A stretch of DNA of 64,000 bases from an uncultured delta proteobacterium (GCA_963737265.1 CAVTRY010000007.1:256001-320000), one strand, 5' to 3'. Counted from the stretch's first letter, positions 32,683-42,421 are shown. The notes: generated from the letters alone by a model not told the origin. Translations and numbers: made by a program.

Positions 32683-33392
32683 ACGCGACGGTGAACGCGA
32701 CGATGAATACCGGACGGGCTCATCTTGTTTTGGTCCTGGCCGCCTTCGCTGGCGTCGGAGGCGCGGTGTCTTCGTGGACGCACGCGGCGGCCGTTCGCCT
32801 AGCCGAAACGCAAGGCAAGGCGCCTGATGTAGCCACCGCCAGCGCTTCGGACATGGGCTACTGTACCGGCGACCTCAAGGTAATCTTGAAACGCGTGCTC
32901 ACCTCGTGCGGTCTCGTCTCCGAAGGGAGCTCGCGCGGGTGCCAACCGCTGCAGGCGCGCCAGGTGGCCGCGATGTCGGGCGGCGATTTCAACGCGCTCT
33001 TCACGCCGCTCGCCGAGCGCGCCGCCATCATCCAGTTCGACAAGGACAACGCCGAGCTGGACGCCGCCGCCGCCCTGCTGCTCGAAAAGACCTTCGCCGA
33101 CCGGCGCGGCGCTTCGTACTTCTTCGTCGTATCGCGCGCCTCGCCCGAGGGCTCGGTCGAGCACAATCGCGATCTCAGCCATCGCCGTGGCACCGCCGTG
33201 CTTGACTACATCAAGGGCAAATTTCAGGATCCCGACGTCGACCAAGAGGTCGGGCTGCTTTGGCTGGGCGAGGAGTTCGCACAACTCGACCAACAGTTTT
33301 GCAGGTGGCAGCGCTCGCGCGCGGGCGACGCCTGCAGCACGGCGGAACTGAATCGCTCGTCCTTCATCGCGTGGATCGATTGTCGGCTGTGA
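32679..33392 (+). CDS. Secreted Cys-containing protein with an OmpA-C-like domain
   Basis: Signal/TM segment; FDKDNAEL...ASPEGSVEHNRDLSHRR...NR pattern. Confidence 0.6.
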   Translation: MNATVNATMNTGRAHLVLVLAAFAGVGGAVSSWTHAAAVRLAETQGKAPDVATASASDMGYCTGDLKVILKRVLTSCGLVSEGSSRGCQPLQARQVAAMSGGDFNALFTPLAERAAIIQFDKDNAELDAAAALLLEKTFADRRGASYFFVVSRASPEGSVEHNRDLSHRRGTAVLDYIKGKFQDPDVDQEVGLLWLGEEFAQLDQQFCRWQRSRAGDACSTAELNRSSFIAWIDCRL

Positions 33393-33985
33393 GGCGTTCG
33401 TTGCTGGCGCTGGCGCTTGCCCTCGGCGCGTGCGCCGGCTGCAACGAAAAGCACGAGGCGATCGTACCTTCGTCGCGCTACGAGGCCGTGAAGGCCGTCG
33501 CGGACTCGCCCTCGCGCTGGTGCGACTCCACGTTTTCCGGTGCGGCTTCGCGTTTGACCCTGCCACCTCTCGCTGCCGCCCGCCCGGGCATGGCCCCGCT
33601 CGCGCTGCCCAAGGGCAAGCGCCTCTGGGTGAACCTGTGGGCGACCTGGTGCAAGCCCTGCCTGCGCGAAATGCCACTTCTTATCAAGTGGCGGGACGAA
33701 TTGCGCAAGGACGGCGTGGAGGTCGAGATCGCCTTCCTGTCCATCGACGAGGACGCGGAGACGCTTGATCGATTTCTGTTCGCACGCAAAGACATCCCGG
33801 CGGCATCGGTTGCGCGCGTGGCGTCTCAGCACGACTACGAGCAGTGGGTGAAGGCGTACGTGAAAGATCCGGCGACGCCCATTCCCATTCACCTGCTCGG
33901 CTCGGCCGACGGCAACCTGCGCTGCATTCGCAGCGGATCGCTCCGTGAAGGCGACTATCCGGCTGCGAAATCGGCGCTGCGCTAG
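33389..33985 (+). CDS. TlpA-family thiol-disulfide oxidoreductase lipoprotein
   Basis: NLWATWCKPCLREMP; lipobox. Confidence 0.9.
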   Translation: MRRSLLALALALGACAGCNEKHEAIVPSSRYEAVKAVADSPSRWCDSTFSGAASRLTLPPLAAARPGMAPLALPKGKRLWVNLWATWCKPCLREMPLLIKWRDELRKDGVEVEIAFLSIDEDAETLDRFLFARKDIPAASVARVASQHDYEQWVKAYVKDPATPIPIHLLGSADGNLRCIRSGSLREGDYPAAKSALR

Positions 33986-34036
33986 TCGGCGGCGATGAAA
34001 GACGACTGTCCCCAATGGTGGCAAGATGGGGTAGCA

Positions 34037-35851
34037 ATGGAAAACCTGCACCGATACCGCCCACGCACAAGAATCCCGATGGGCTGCCTCGTTGGGGTCC
34101 TGGCCGCCGCGCTCGCCTCGGCGCCCGCCGGGGGCCATGCCGCTCCGGTGGCGATGACCGCGGGCGATTTCTCACTTGCCGTCTATCCTTCCGGCGCGAC
34201 TTCGTCGAATAGCTCGGATCTCACCGGATTCTTCACCGAGCATCGGTGCCTCTGTCCCGTCAGCTTTACGGCGCAGTTGCAACTCACGTCTTCCGGCGTG
34301 ACCGACGTGAGTAGCTCGACGGTCGTGGTCAGCTTTCTGCTCGGGGGCAGTTGCGCGGGTTCCACCTCGTCTGCGTCGTGCGTCTCCATGGGGCAGGCGT
34401 CCTTGTCTGCGGCCCAGTCGTCGGTATCGGTGACGTTCAACAGCAGCGAAGTCTTTCAGGTGGCGGCTGGCGGCGCTACCGTGAGCTGCGCGAGCTTGAC
34501 GGCGGATTCGACTACGGTGTGGGCCGTACTTGTTCAGGACGGAGTCGCGCTCTCCTTCGCTCCATCCGTCGAGCTCCCCGTGACCGCGACCGTAGTCGGC
34601 TCCCCGACTGCCGTCACCGCTCAGCCCGCCAACAACGGAATTCTCGTTACCTGGACGCCCCCGGCGGACACGTCGCAGGTCGCCGGGTATCAGGTGCTTT
34701 GCTTGCCTCGTCCGGATGTGGCGTCGACCGCCGCCTATGAAAGCTGCGGGCTGACCAGCAGCACGGGCGGATCGATTCTGACCCCAGGCGACGAAACCCA
34801 GGTTTGTTCAATCGAGCTACCCGCCACAGCGACATCGGTTCGTCTGGCCGGCTTGATAAATGGCACTTCCTACACCGTCGCCGTGATCTCCATCGATCCG
34901 AGCGGCGGCGTCAGCGCGCTGTCAGCGCCGGCCGTGGCCACCCCCCAGCCGACCCTCGGCTTCTACGACGTTTACAAGAACGACGGTGGGGCCGCCACCG
35001 GGTGCGCGGTTGCTCCGTCGCCGCGTTTAGGACCGTCAGGTCTGTTCTGGATCGCGTTCGCCGCGGCTTTGTTCCTTGGTCTCTGCCGACGCTCGCGTCG
35101 CCGCCATCGCCGTCGAGACATCGCCGGTATCGGCGTTTCCGTCCTCGCTCTGCTCGCGCCGAGCGCCACGGTTCGCGCGCAAGACTCGCGGGATGGGTTC
35201 GGCGCTGACTGGCCGTCGGATTCATCGGCGCGGCGGTTCAGCTCGGCACCTGATTGGGGCTTCGAGCTCGGCATCTCGTTCTATCGTCCCGCGGTCGATA
35301 GCGAGTTCGGAAACGGGCCGCATCCCTTCGCCGACACGTTTTCGTCCACGCGCCATGTCCTCACGGAGGGTGAATTGGACCGCTACCTTGTCCACCACTT
35401 CGGAACCTGGGGCGTGGGCCTGCGCGCTGGCTACTACAAGGTGACGGGGGCGGCCTTCCTCGCCTCCGGAATGCGCAGCGGAGACGAGACTTCCCTGCGT
35501 CTCATTCCCTTGTCGCTGTCCTTGCTCTATCGAGCGGATGGGCTGGCGGGCCTGCGGGAAGTGCCGCTGATTCCGTACGTGAAGGCCGGACTCGACGGCG
35601 TGACCTGGACCGCGACCAGCACGGGTGACAGCGCGTCTCACAGCGGCTTCACGCCCGGATGGCACGCCGCCGCGGGCCTGGCGCTCGGCCTCAAGTTCCT
35701 TGGCGTCGGCAACCTGAACCCGGGAGCGCTCCCCGACCCGTTCGCGCTCTTTTTCGAATGGGACTACGCCGCAATCAACGGTCTTGGCCTCAGCGGCAAG
35801 CTACACGTTGGCGACAACATCTGGTTCGCCGGCGCGGTGTTCGACCTGTGA
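34037..35851 (+). CDS. FN3 domain + MYXO-CTERM-like segment + outer-membrane beta-barrel (MXAN_2561/2562-like fusion)
   Basis: WTPP...GLINGTSYTVAV (FN3); GCAVA...TM...RRRHRRR; barrel ending AVFDL; start uncertain. Confidence 0.65.
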   Translation: MENLHRYRPRTRIPMGCLVGVLAAALASAPAGGHAAPVAMTAGDFSLAVYPSGATSSNSSDLTGFFTEHRCLCPVSFTAQLQLTSSGVTDVSSSTVVVSFLLGGSCAGSTSSASCVSMGQASLSAAQSSVSVTFNSSEVFQVAAGGATVSCASLTADSTTVWAVLVQDGVALSFAPSVELPVTATVVGSPTAVTAQPANNGILVTWTPPADTSQVAGYQVLCLPRPDVASTAAYESCGLTSSTGGSILTPGDETQVCSIELPATATSVRLAGLINGTSYTVAVISIDPSGGVSALSAPAVATPQPTLGFYDVYKNDGGAATGCAVAPSPRLGPSGLFWIAFAAALFLGLCRRSRRRHRRRDIAGIGVSVLALLAPSATVRAQDSRDGFGADWPSDSSARRFSSAPDWGFELGISFYRPAVDSEFGNGPHPFADTFSSTRHVLTEGELDRYLVHHFGTWGVGLRAGYYKVTGAAFLASGMRSGDETSLRLIPLSLSLLYRADGLAGLREVPLIPYVKAGLDGVTWTATSTGDSASHSGFTPGWHAAAGLALGLKFLGVGNLNPGALPDPFALFFEWDYAAINGLGLSGKLHVGDNIWFAGAVFDL

Positions 35852-35875
35852 CGGTCCGCGCTGGCGCGGTGTCCA

Positions 35876-35904
35876 TTGGCTTAGTCCATCATGGATGGTA
35901 CAAT
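35876..35904 (+). promoter_or_regulatory. Sigma70 promoter of marR-hlyD-emrB with a palindrome in the spacer
   Basis: TTGGCT-N17-TACAAT with extended -10 TG; palindrome TCCATcATGGA at 35885-35895 (putative MarR operator). Confidence 0.65.
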
Positions 35905-35911
35905 GATGGGC

Positions 35912-36373
35912 ATGTCAATGAACGTGCTGGACGCCATCATCCAACTGCGGCGTGCGCTTGCGCGCGCGTTCGCCGTGACCTTCACGGGTGATATCAGCGG
36001 CCGGCAGTCGGTGATTCTGCGCGAGATCGGAATCTGCGGTCCGGTGTCGCAGGTGGCCCTGGCGCGCGCCACGGCGAGCGATCCGTCGGCACTCGTACGG
36101 CTGCTCGACGATCTCGAAGCGCGTGAGCTCGTCGAACGACATCGTAGCGAGACGGACCGACGGGAGATGGTGGTGTCGCTGACGAGCCAAGGACGCAAGA
36201 CGCTCAAGCCTCTGGAGGTGGCGCACAAGCGATTGGCGGATACCGCCGCGGGGGCTCTCACCGTGGATGAAAGGCGCGTCTTTGTGGCCCTGGCCGCGAA
36301 GATCCAAAACCGTCTCACCACGCTGGTGGAAGGCGAGGTTGTTCTCTCGAAAGGTGCCGATGGGCAGAGCTAA
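35912..36373 (+). CDS. MarR family transcriptional regulator
   Basis: wHTH with LVRLLDDLE...DRREMVVSLT. Confidence 0.9.
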   Translation: MSMNVLDAIIQLRRALARAFAVTFTGDISGRQSVILREIGICGPVSQVALARATASDPSALVRLLDDLEARELVERHRSETDRREMVVSLTSQGRKTLKPLEVAHKRLADTAAGALTVDERRVFVALAAKIQNRLTTLVEGEVVLSKGADGQS

Positions 36374-37643
36374 GCCAGCGGTTGAGGAGCCTATAGCGAC
36401 GGAATCCGCCGAAGTTTCGTCCGCAAGGCTCTATTTTCTCCGGCACCCGATCCTCCAGCATTCGCGCTTTCGGCGCGTCGTGGCCGCTCTCGCCCTGGTT
36501 CTGGCTGGCTTGGGCTTGCTGTGGTGGTTCCACTATCGCCCCTATGTCTCGACCGACGACGCGCGCGTCGCCGCTCCTTTGATCGTCATCGCGCCGCAGG
36601 GCTCGGGTGGTCGGGTGGACCGCGTTCTCGTGCGCGAGGGTCAGACGGTGCAAGCCGCCGAGCCGCTCGTCGAGCTGGATGCAAGCGCCGAGCGTTCCCA
36701 GGTCGACCGGGCTCGTGCTCTCCTCGCGCTCGCGGACGCGCGCGTGGGCGAGGCCGAGGCGCAGCTTCGCCTCGAACGCCGCCTGTCGGAGGCCACCGAG
36801 CGGCGGGCACGCGCCACTGTGCATTCGGCGCAGGCCTCTCAAGAGCGTACCACGCGCGGAGCACGCACCGAGGAAGTCGCCAAGGCGCGTGCCGACGTTT
36901 CCGCGGCCGAAACCCTTGCGGTTCAGGCCGGCCGCGACCTCGACCGGGCCGCGATGCTGGCGCGCGAAGGCGCCATCGCCGAAGTCAGTCTGGAAACCGC
37001 GCGAACTGGCGAAGCAGCAGCGCGCGCGTCGCTCGCATCGAAGCAAGCCATGCTCGACCTCCTTGAGCACGGCAATCGCTCCGAGGATATTTCCATCGCC
37101 CAAAGCGGCGTGCTGGCCGCCCAAGCCGGCCTTCTCGACGCCAGCGGCGGCACGGATCGTGTCGCTTTCCGCAGCCGCCAGGTCGAGGCTGCGCGTGCCC
37201 AGGCCGCGCAGGCGCGAGCCGAGCTGACGCTTGCCGAGGTCGCGCTCGCACGCATGACCTTGAAGAGTAGCGTCGGCGGCGTGGTCGTCCGCGTGCCGGT
37301 CGATCCCGGCGACTACCTATCGCCAGGGCAGGGCGCGGTGACCGTCGTCGACATCGCCCACGCCTGGATCGCCGCCAATGTCGAAGAGACGGCGTCGGGG
37401 CTGCTGCGTCTCGGGCAGGCCGCCGATATTTCCATCGACGAAGGTGGCGATCTGTCGGGGCGAGTCGACGTCATCACGCAGTCGGCGGCGTCCGCGTTCG
37501 CGCTCATTCCGGCCGACAACGCCGCCGGCAACTACACCAAGGTGGTCCAGCGCATTCCTATCCGCATCGCCATCGATGCCAGCCCGCGGGTTCGAGCCTT
37601 GCGCGCCGGCCAGTCGGTGGTGGTGAGGATCCGGGTTCGATGA
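36360..37643 (+). CDS. HlyD/EmrA family membrane fusion protein
   Basis: VSTDDA and PADNAAGNYTKVVQRIPIRI motifs. Confidence 0.93.
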   Translation: MGRAKPAVEEPIATESAEVSSARLYFLRHPILQHSRFRRVVAALALVLAGLGLLWWFHYRPYVSTDDARVAAPLIVIAPQGSGGRVDRVLVREGQTVQAAEPLVELDASAERSQVDRARALLALADARVGEAEAQLRLERRLSEATERRARATVHSAQASQERTTRGARTEEVAKARADVSAAETLAVQAGRDLDRAAMLAREGAIAEVSLETARTGEAAARASLASKQAMLDLLEHGNRSEDISIAQSGVLAAQAGLLDASGGTDRVAFRSRQVEAARAQAAQARAELTLAEVALARMTLKSSVGGVVVRVPVDPGDYLSPGQGAVTVVDIAHAWIAANVEETASGLLRLGQAADISIDEGGDLSGRVDVITQSAASAFALIPADNAAGNYTKVVQRIPIRIAIDASPRVRALRAGQSVVVRIRVR

Positions 37644-39235
37644 GTCCGCCGCCTGTGCCCATCGGCCCGCCCGTGGACGACGGGTATCGCTGGCGCGTTC
37701 TTGGCGTGGTCATGCTGGGCACGGTAATGTCGGCGCTCGATTCGAGCATCGTCAACGTGTCGCTGCCCAACATGATGGCCAGCTTCGGCGCAAGCGTCGA
37801 CGACATCGAATGGGTCGTGACCGGTTACATGCTCGGCTTCTCGACCTTCATGCCCTTGACAGCGTGGCTTCGCGATCGCGTGGGTTACAAGGTGCTCTAT
37901 GTCGCCAGCCTCGCTGTTTTCATCGGTGGCTCCGCGCTGTGCGGACTCGCCCCCAACCTGCCGGCGCTGATCTTGGCTCGCGTGGTTCAAGCGTTCGGCG
38001 GCGGCGCCATCACCCCCACCGGCCTGGCCATGATCGCCGAGGTCTTCCCGCCCAAAGAGCGAGGGCGCGCGCTTGGCCTGTGGGGCGTCGGTGTCGTGGT
38101 TGGGCCCGCTTTCGGCCCCACCCTGGGCGGATACCTCACCGAGACGCTCGGCTGGCGCAGCATCTTCAACATCAACCTTCCCATCGGCGTAGTCGGCCTT
38201 CTCGCCGCCTCGCGGATACTTCGCGCCGACAAGCCGCACGCCGCGAGCCATCGTGGCTTCGATCTACCCGGGTTCGTGTTGCTCACCGCCTTTCTCGTCG
38301 GCGCACTACTCGGTCTCTCCAACGGCAATCGGGAAGGTTGGACCTCGAACTACGTCGTTGCCTGCGCGCTTGTGAGCAGCGTCTCGTTCGTGCTTTTCCT
38401 CGCCGTCGAAAGCATCGTCTCCGAGCGCATTCTCGATCTCGGGCTATTCCGCAAACCCCAGTTCACCGTGGCCATGGTGGTGACGTCCGCGCGCTCGGTC
38501 GCCTTGTTCGGTGGCATCTTTTTGTTGCCACTTTTCCTGCAGGATCTGATGGGCCGGAGCGAGATCGACACCGGGTTATTACTGCTTCCCGGCGCCTTGG
38601 TCATGGGGCTGGTCATGCTGGTCTCCGGCCGGATCGCGGATTGGCTCGGCACGCGCGTTTGCACGATTCTCGGCCTCTTGTTCATTGCTTGGTTCATGTG
38701 GACCTACCGCAGGCTCGACGTGACGACGAGCACGTGGGCCGTGCTCTACCCGACCCTGGTACGGGGTGTCGGGCTGGGTCTGCTGGTGACGCCGGTCATG
38801 ACCGCAGCTATCAATGCCGTGCCGACGCCGAAAGCCGGCATGGCTTCTTCGATGTTGAGCTTGATTCAACAAATATCGGGCTCGCTCGGCATCGCCGTGC
38901 TTGCCTGCGTACTCGGCCGGCGTGCCACCTTCCACCTCGCGGTGGTGGGTCAGGGCCTGGATGCCGCGCGACCGGCCCTCGCCGGCGCAACCCGAGCCCT
39001 CGCCACGCGCGCGCTCGAGCTTGGAACGCCGCCCGCCGCGGCAGGCCTAGTCGCGCGCTCGCTCGTCGCGCGCCAGATCGCCGGAGCGGCGTCGGTGCTC
39101 GCATTCAACGATGCCTTTCTAATCGGCGCGGCCATCGTCGGCGCGGGAGCCATCCCCGCGCTTTTTCTCGCATCCAAGTCGAAGTCCAAGGCACGCGCGC
39201 ACGGAGCCGCAGCGCAGGTCGAGGTTGTGGAGTAG
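37640..39235 (+). CDS. DHA2 (EmrB/QacA) MFS efflux permease
   Basis: LDSSIVNVSLP, GPTLGG and WRSIFNINLPIG motifs; about 14 TM segments. Confidence 0.93.
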   Translation: MSPPPVPIGPPVDDGYRWRVLGVVMLGTVMSALDSSIVNVSLPNMMASFGASVDDIEWVVTGYMLGFSTFMPLTAWLRDRVGYKVLYVASLAVFIGGSALCGLAPNLPALILARVVQAFGGGAITPTGLAMIAEVFPPKERGRALGLWGVGVVVGPAFGPTLGGYLTETLGWRSIFNINLPIGVVGLLAASRILRADKPHAASHRGFDLPGFVLLTAFLVGALLGLSNGNREGWTSNYVVACALVSSVSFVLFLAVESIVSERILDLGLFRKPQFTVAMVVTSARSVALFGGIFLLPLFLQDLMGRSEIDTGLLLLPGALVMGLVMLVSGRIADWLGTRVCTILGLLFIAWFMWTYRRLDVTTSTWAVLYPTLVRGVGLGLLVTPVMTAAINAVPTPKAGMASSMLSLIQQISGSLGIAVLACVLGRRATFHLAVVGQGLDAARPALAGATRALATRALELGTPPAAAGLVARSLVARQIAGAASVLAFNDAFLIGAAIVGAGAIPALFLASKSKSKARAHGAAAQVEVVE

Positions 39236-39241
39236 AGGCCG
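37929..39241 (+). repeat. First copy of a 1313-bp direct repeat (second copy 47708-49020)
   Basis: Colinear at offset 9779 with about ten substitutions. Confidence 0.95.
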
Positions 39242-39315
39242 CGACCGGGTACCTCCTGTCTATTGGTCATGCCAGTCGCACCCCTGCCCCACGCGGCTGC
39301 GCCGCGCCCGTCGCT

Positions 39316-39560
39316 GAGCCGCCCAAACTCTGGCCCGCACGACCGCCTCCCTCGCGACCTGGTGGCGAGGGCGGAGACTGGCTGAACTGACGGCACGTCG
39401 ACCAGGTCGGGATGGAGTCGACTGCCCTGCGTGCTCGAGAAAGACCCCGTCAGCCCCAGAAACCGGATCAAGCGCGCTGCGCCAACGCGATCGGGGCCAA
39501 CCTGATGCGTTCCGGCAGGGTTCTCCGACGCTCAAAACACCCTTTGATTTGCCTATGGTC
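39316..39560 (+). mobile_element. 3' end / oriIS of an IS91-family element
   Basis: Homologous to 55899-56145 (transposase tail PKLWPARPPP...GGDWLN* plus downstream region); ends TTTGATTTGCCTAT|GGTC. Confidence 0.8.
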
Positions 39561-39621
39561 ACGGCCCTCGTCTGTTCTTTTTACTTGCACTGCCTACGAG
39601 AGCTGCAACGGCATGTTGGAC
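39557..39621 (-). other. attC site 4, half only (truncated by the IS91 end)
   Basis: R'' GTCCAAC, then ATGCCGTTGCAGC; shares CTCGTAGGCAGTGCAAGTAAAAAGAACAG with attC3. Confidence 0.85.
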
Positions 39622-39645
39622 GGCGCGATGTTCCCGGGTGCTCGC

Positions 39646-40113
39646 CTACGAAGGCTTTTCCCCCGCCGCCATTGCTCTCACCTGCGCCACCAGAGCGTCG
39701 ATGTCAATACCACCGAGCGCGAGAGCGAGCTTGTATGCATCCAGGACCGCGGCGTGGATCTGCTCAAGATCCTCCAGCATCCGCATCCGCCCTTCTTCAG
39801 AGAATTTGGCGAATCCGTGCCGGCGGTAGAATGAATGGGCCAGTCGATTTCGTGCAGCCAAAGCCGTAGCGAACACGCCATCAGCATCATGGAACTGAGG
39901 GTGCTTGTCCTTGAGTCTCCGGAAGATCTGCCCGAGCGTGCTTCGATTGATCTTCCGCAGAATCTGCGTTGCCTCTTCCCCACGGTCGCCAAGGAAGGCG
40001 TCGATCTCCTCGGCCTGCAAGATCAGTAGGTGAGTGCCCAGCTCCGTCTCGAGGAGCTGGGCAGCCTGGGAAGCATCTCCGAACTTGCGGAATATCTCGT
40101 CCATCGATGGCAT
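39646..40113 (-). CDS. Cassette 4: HEPN-like helical protein
   Basis: AQLLETEL near the N-terminus and RNRLAH (Rx4H). Confidence 0.6.
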   Translation of the reverse strand: MPSMDEIFRKFGDASQAAQLLETELGTHLLILQAEEIDAFLGDRGEEATQILRKINRSTLGQIFRRLKDKHPQFHDADGVFATALAARNRLAHSFYRRHGFAKFSEEGRMRMLEDLEQIHAAVLDAYKLALALGGIDIDALVAQVRAMAAGEKPS

Positions 40114-40129
40114 GAGCCGATCTTCGTCC

Positions 40130-40253
40130 GTCCAACGCCTTGGCGTTAAGCTGCGGGCGGCCGTCTGCGACCGCCCATCTGCCCAGACGACCCGAATCAC
40201 TCCCTGTTCTTTTTACTTGCACTGCCTACGAGCGCTTCAACGGCCTGTTGGGC
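40130..40253 (-). other. attC site 3
   Basis: GCCCAAC-AGGCCGTTGAAGC...GCAGCTTAACGCCAAGGC-GTTGGAC. Confidence 0.92.
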
Positions 40254-40262
40254 GGCGCACAC

Positions 40263-41741
40263 TCAGAACGCGAAGGCCTGTTGTGGTGAGCGGGCCAATC
40301 TAGGTCGCGGACCGAGGCCTTCGGCTCGCAGTAGCGCATCCAGAGAAAGCGACTGCAACAAAGCCTTATTGATTGGCCTCTTAGCGTCCCAGAAGATTCG
40401 AGCTGTGAAGAATGCAGATGCCTTTTCGCCGTTGAGAACACACGCCAGCTCGGCGGCTTCTTCTTCTGTCTTGCATGGAAGGAAGTACGCCGTATCGTCA
40501 ACCATCACGGGCTGTCCATCGATTGGCCGAACAACAGTGAATGCGATCCTTTTGTACAATCCACAGATTGCGACTTTGTATGGCGAGAAGGAATAGTCGC
40601 CGACCCCGAAAATCGCGAATGGTGGCTGATCTCGATAGATGCTGCTCTTACGCGCATCCAGATGTTCACGGTGGGAAATGAGATAGGCCCACGTAGAGGG
40701 AGCACGGTCTCGAATAGCGCCAGTATTTTCGCCAAGCGACCTTTGTGGGACAACAACGCGACGACGCGCAGTCATACGCCCGTTGGCCAGATCGGATCCC
40801 TTGAGGAGCGGATAGACGTACTCACGTTCGAGGTCAACTCGCTTCCCCATGCCATTGACCAAGTGGTCATCCACGATCTCAAGTTCCATGATGCGAGCAC
40901 AGTCATGCTTGATCCCGGAACGCCATTCTACCTCGGACGGGCCTTCGAGATTACGGGTTGCAAGATATGCGTCGACGTCACTGCAGAGCTGTCCATCCAC
41001 GACGCCCATGTGTTTGGATGGCGCAGAAGCGGTGATGCTTTCGTAGACGGACCATTTGTGAGCGTGACCCTTTTGAAGCGCGGAACTCGGGCGGTGAACA
41101 GTAAGGAGAACGGCGTCGACAGCAGCTGCGAAGTGCATGCGCGCGTCGATCGCGTGAACGGAGCCTTGGAGGTTCCAGCGTTGCAAAGCAACGTGCTCCA
41201 TAACTTTGCGAGCGACCCCTGCCTTACAGAGCATCGCCAGTGTTGTGTCGCTACCGTTGGCGGCCTGTAACAAGCGCAGGAGCATCCATTCCGAGATGTC
41301 AAAGTTGCTCTTCCCGGTCATCGCATCAAGCCCGCTCAGGTTCTTGAAGTTGGTCTTCGCCGGAAGGTTGCCGGCATCGAGCGCGCCTAGCGCGGAGTTG
41401 GTCACCCAGGGTGGATTGCCGATGACAAGCACCGGGGACGGGAGGCGAGCCAGGACGTTCTCCCATTTCACTTGAAAGAAGTCGGCAACTGCGATCTCTG
41501 CGTCGTAGCCGGTGAGTGCGTCGCGGGCATCGCGCACGTAGGATTCATTCAGATCGAACCCGAAGAGTCGCGCCTTCGGGAACACGGCGGCAGCTGCCGC
41601 GAGGAACGCGCCGCGGCCGCACGTGGGCTCCAGAATCGAAGCGGGAACACGAACATTGCTCGCCAGCAAAGAAACCACTCCCTCGGCCAGTTCTTGCGGC
41701 GTTTGCCAGTCACCAAATTCGATTCGTTTCTCATCACGCAT
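40263..41741 (-). CDS. Cassette 3: N6-adenine DNA methyltransferase (gamma class)
   Basis: LEPTCGRGAF (motif I) precedes GNPPW (motif IV). Confidence 0.9.
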   Translation of the reverse strand: MRDEKRIEFGDWQTPQELAEGVVSLLASNVRVPASILEPTCGRGAFLAAAAAVFPKARLFGFDLNESYVRDARDALTGYDAEIAVADFFQVKWENVLARLPSPVLVIGNPPWVTNSALGALDAGNLPAKTNFKNLSGLDAMTGKSNFDISEWMLLRLLQAANGSDTTLAMLCKAGVARKVMEHVALQRWNLQGSVHAIDARMHFAAAVDAVLLTVHRPSSALQKGHAHKWSVYESITASAPSKHMGVVDGQLCSDVDAYLATRNLEGPSEVEWRSGIKHDCARIMELEIVDDHLVNGMGKRVDLEREYVYPLLKGSDLANGRMTARRRVVVPQRSLGENTGAIRDRAPSTWAYLISHREHLDARKSSIYRDQPPFAIFGVGDYSFSPYKVAICGLYKRIAFTVVRPIDGQPVMVDDTAYFLPCKTEEEAAELACVLNGEKASAFFTARIFWDAKRPINKALLQSLSLDALLRAEGLGPRPRLARSPQQAFAF

Positions 41742-41758
41742 GGTGCAAGGTCCAGGGT

Positions 41759-42421
41759 CTAGAGGCGAGCGACACCCTCGACAGAGCCGGCCTCGCGTAT
41801 CGCGTGACCGTACTGAAGTCTCCACTGGAGCGCGTTTGAGATGGTCAAGTAGCCCTGTGCGGGCGAGCTCTTGAGGACGTCGCGAGCAATATTGCGCAGC
41901 TCTATTTCTTCCACGGGAAGATTGCGGTCGGTCAGGTAAGCAACAACATCATCCTCATTGGCATCGTCGCTGATCATCTCCCGGAGCCTGCGAGTCATCG
42001 TGAAGTCGCCAGTTGCCCGCGCTTCAACGAAGATGGTGTGGAGGATTCTGAGATTAGCGGTTCGGTTTTGACGATCGTCCTTCTTGTCGTAGACGAAGAC
42101 CAAGAGGGAGTACCCGAGCCCAAAGATCTTCTGCCGAGCGGACTTGAACGGGCATGATGACTGCGGCTGCTTCTCGCTGGTGACCTTGATGTCGACGTTG
42201 ACGTCGGGGAAGTCGATACCCTTTGCCGAGTTGCCTTCTTCGAGGGCGTAGCGGTCTGCAATATAGGCCCGAAATTTCTGTTCCAGGTAGGTGCCGACGG
42301 CTTTGCCGTCGGTCACCCCGAAGAGACTCGGTTCGGCGTGCAGACTCTCCTTCTCAGAAGAACCGCGTGCTTCCTGCCGAAGCAGGGCTTCTGTGAGCTT
42401 ACGTTTCGCGGTGCGCGTCAT
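41759..42421 (-). CDS. Cassette 3: type II restriction endonuclease, NspV-like
   Basis: GVTDGKAVGTY.EQKF, IDFP...DIKVTS, QPQSSCPFKSARQKI and ISNALQWRLQY resemble R.NspV as recalled. Confidence 0.8.
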   Translation of the reverse strand: MTRTAKRKLTEALLRQEARGSSEKESLHAEPSLFGVTDGKAVGTYLEQKFRAYIADRYALEEGNSAKGIDFPDVNVDIKVTSEKQPQSSCPFKSARQKIFGLGYSLLVFVYDKKDDRQNRTANLRILHTIFVEARATGDFTMTRRLREMISDDANEDDVVAYLTDRNLPVEEIELRNIARDVLKSSPAQGYLTISNALQWRLQYGHAIREAGSVEGVARL

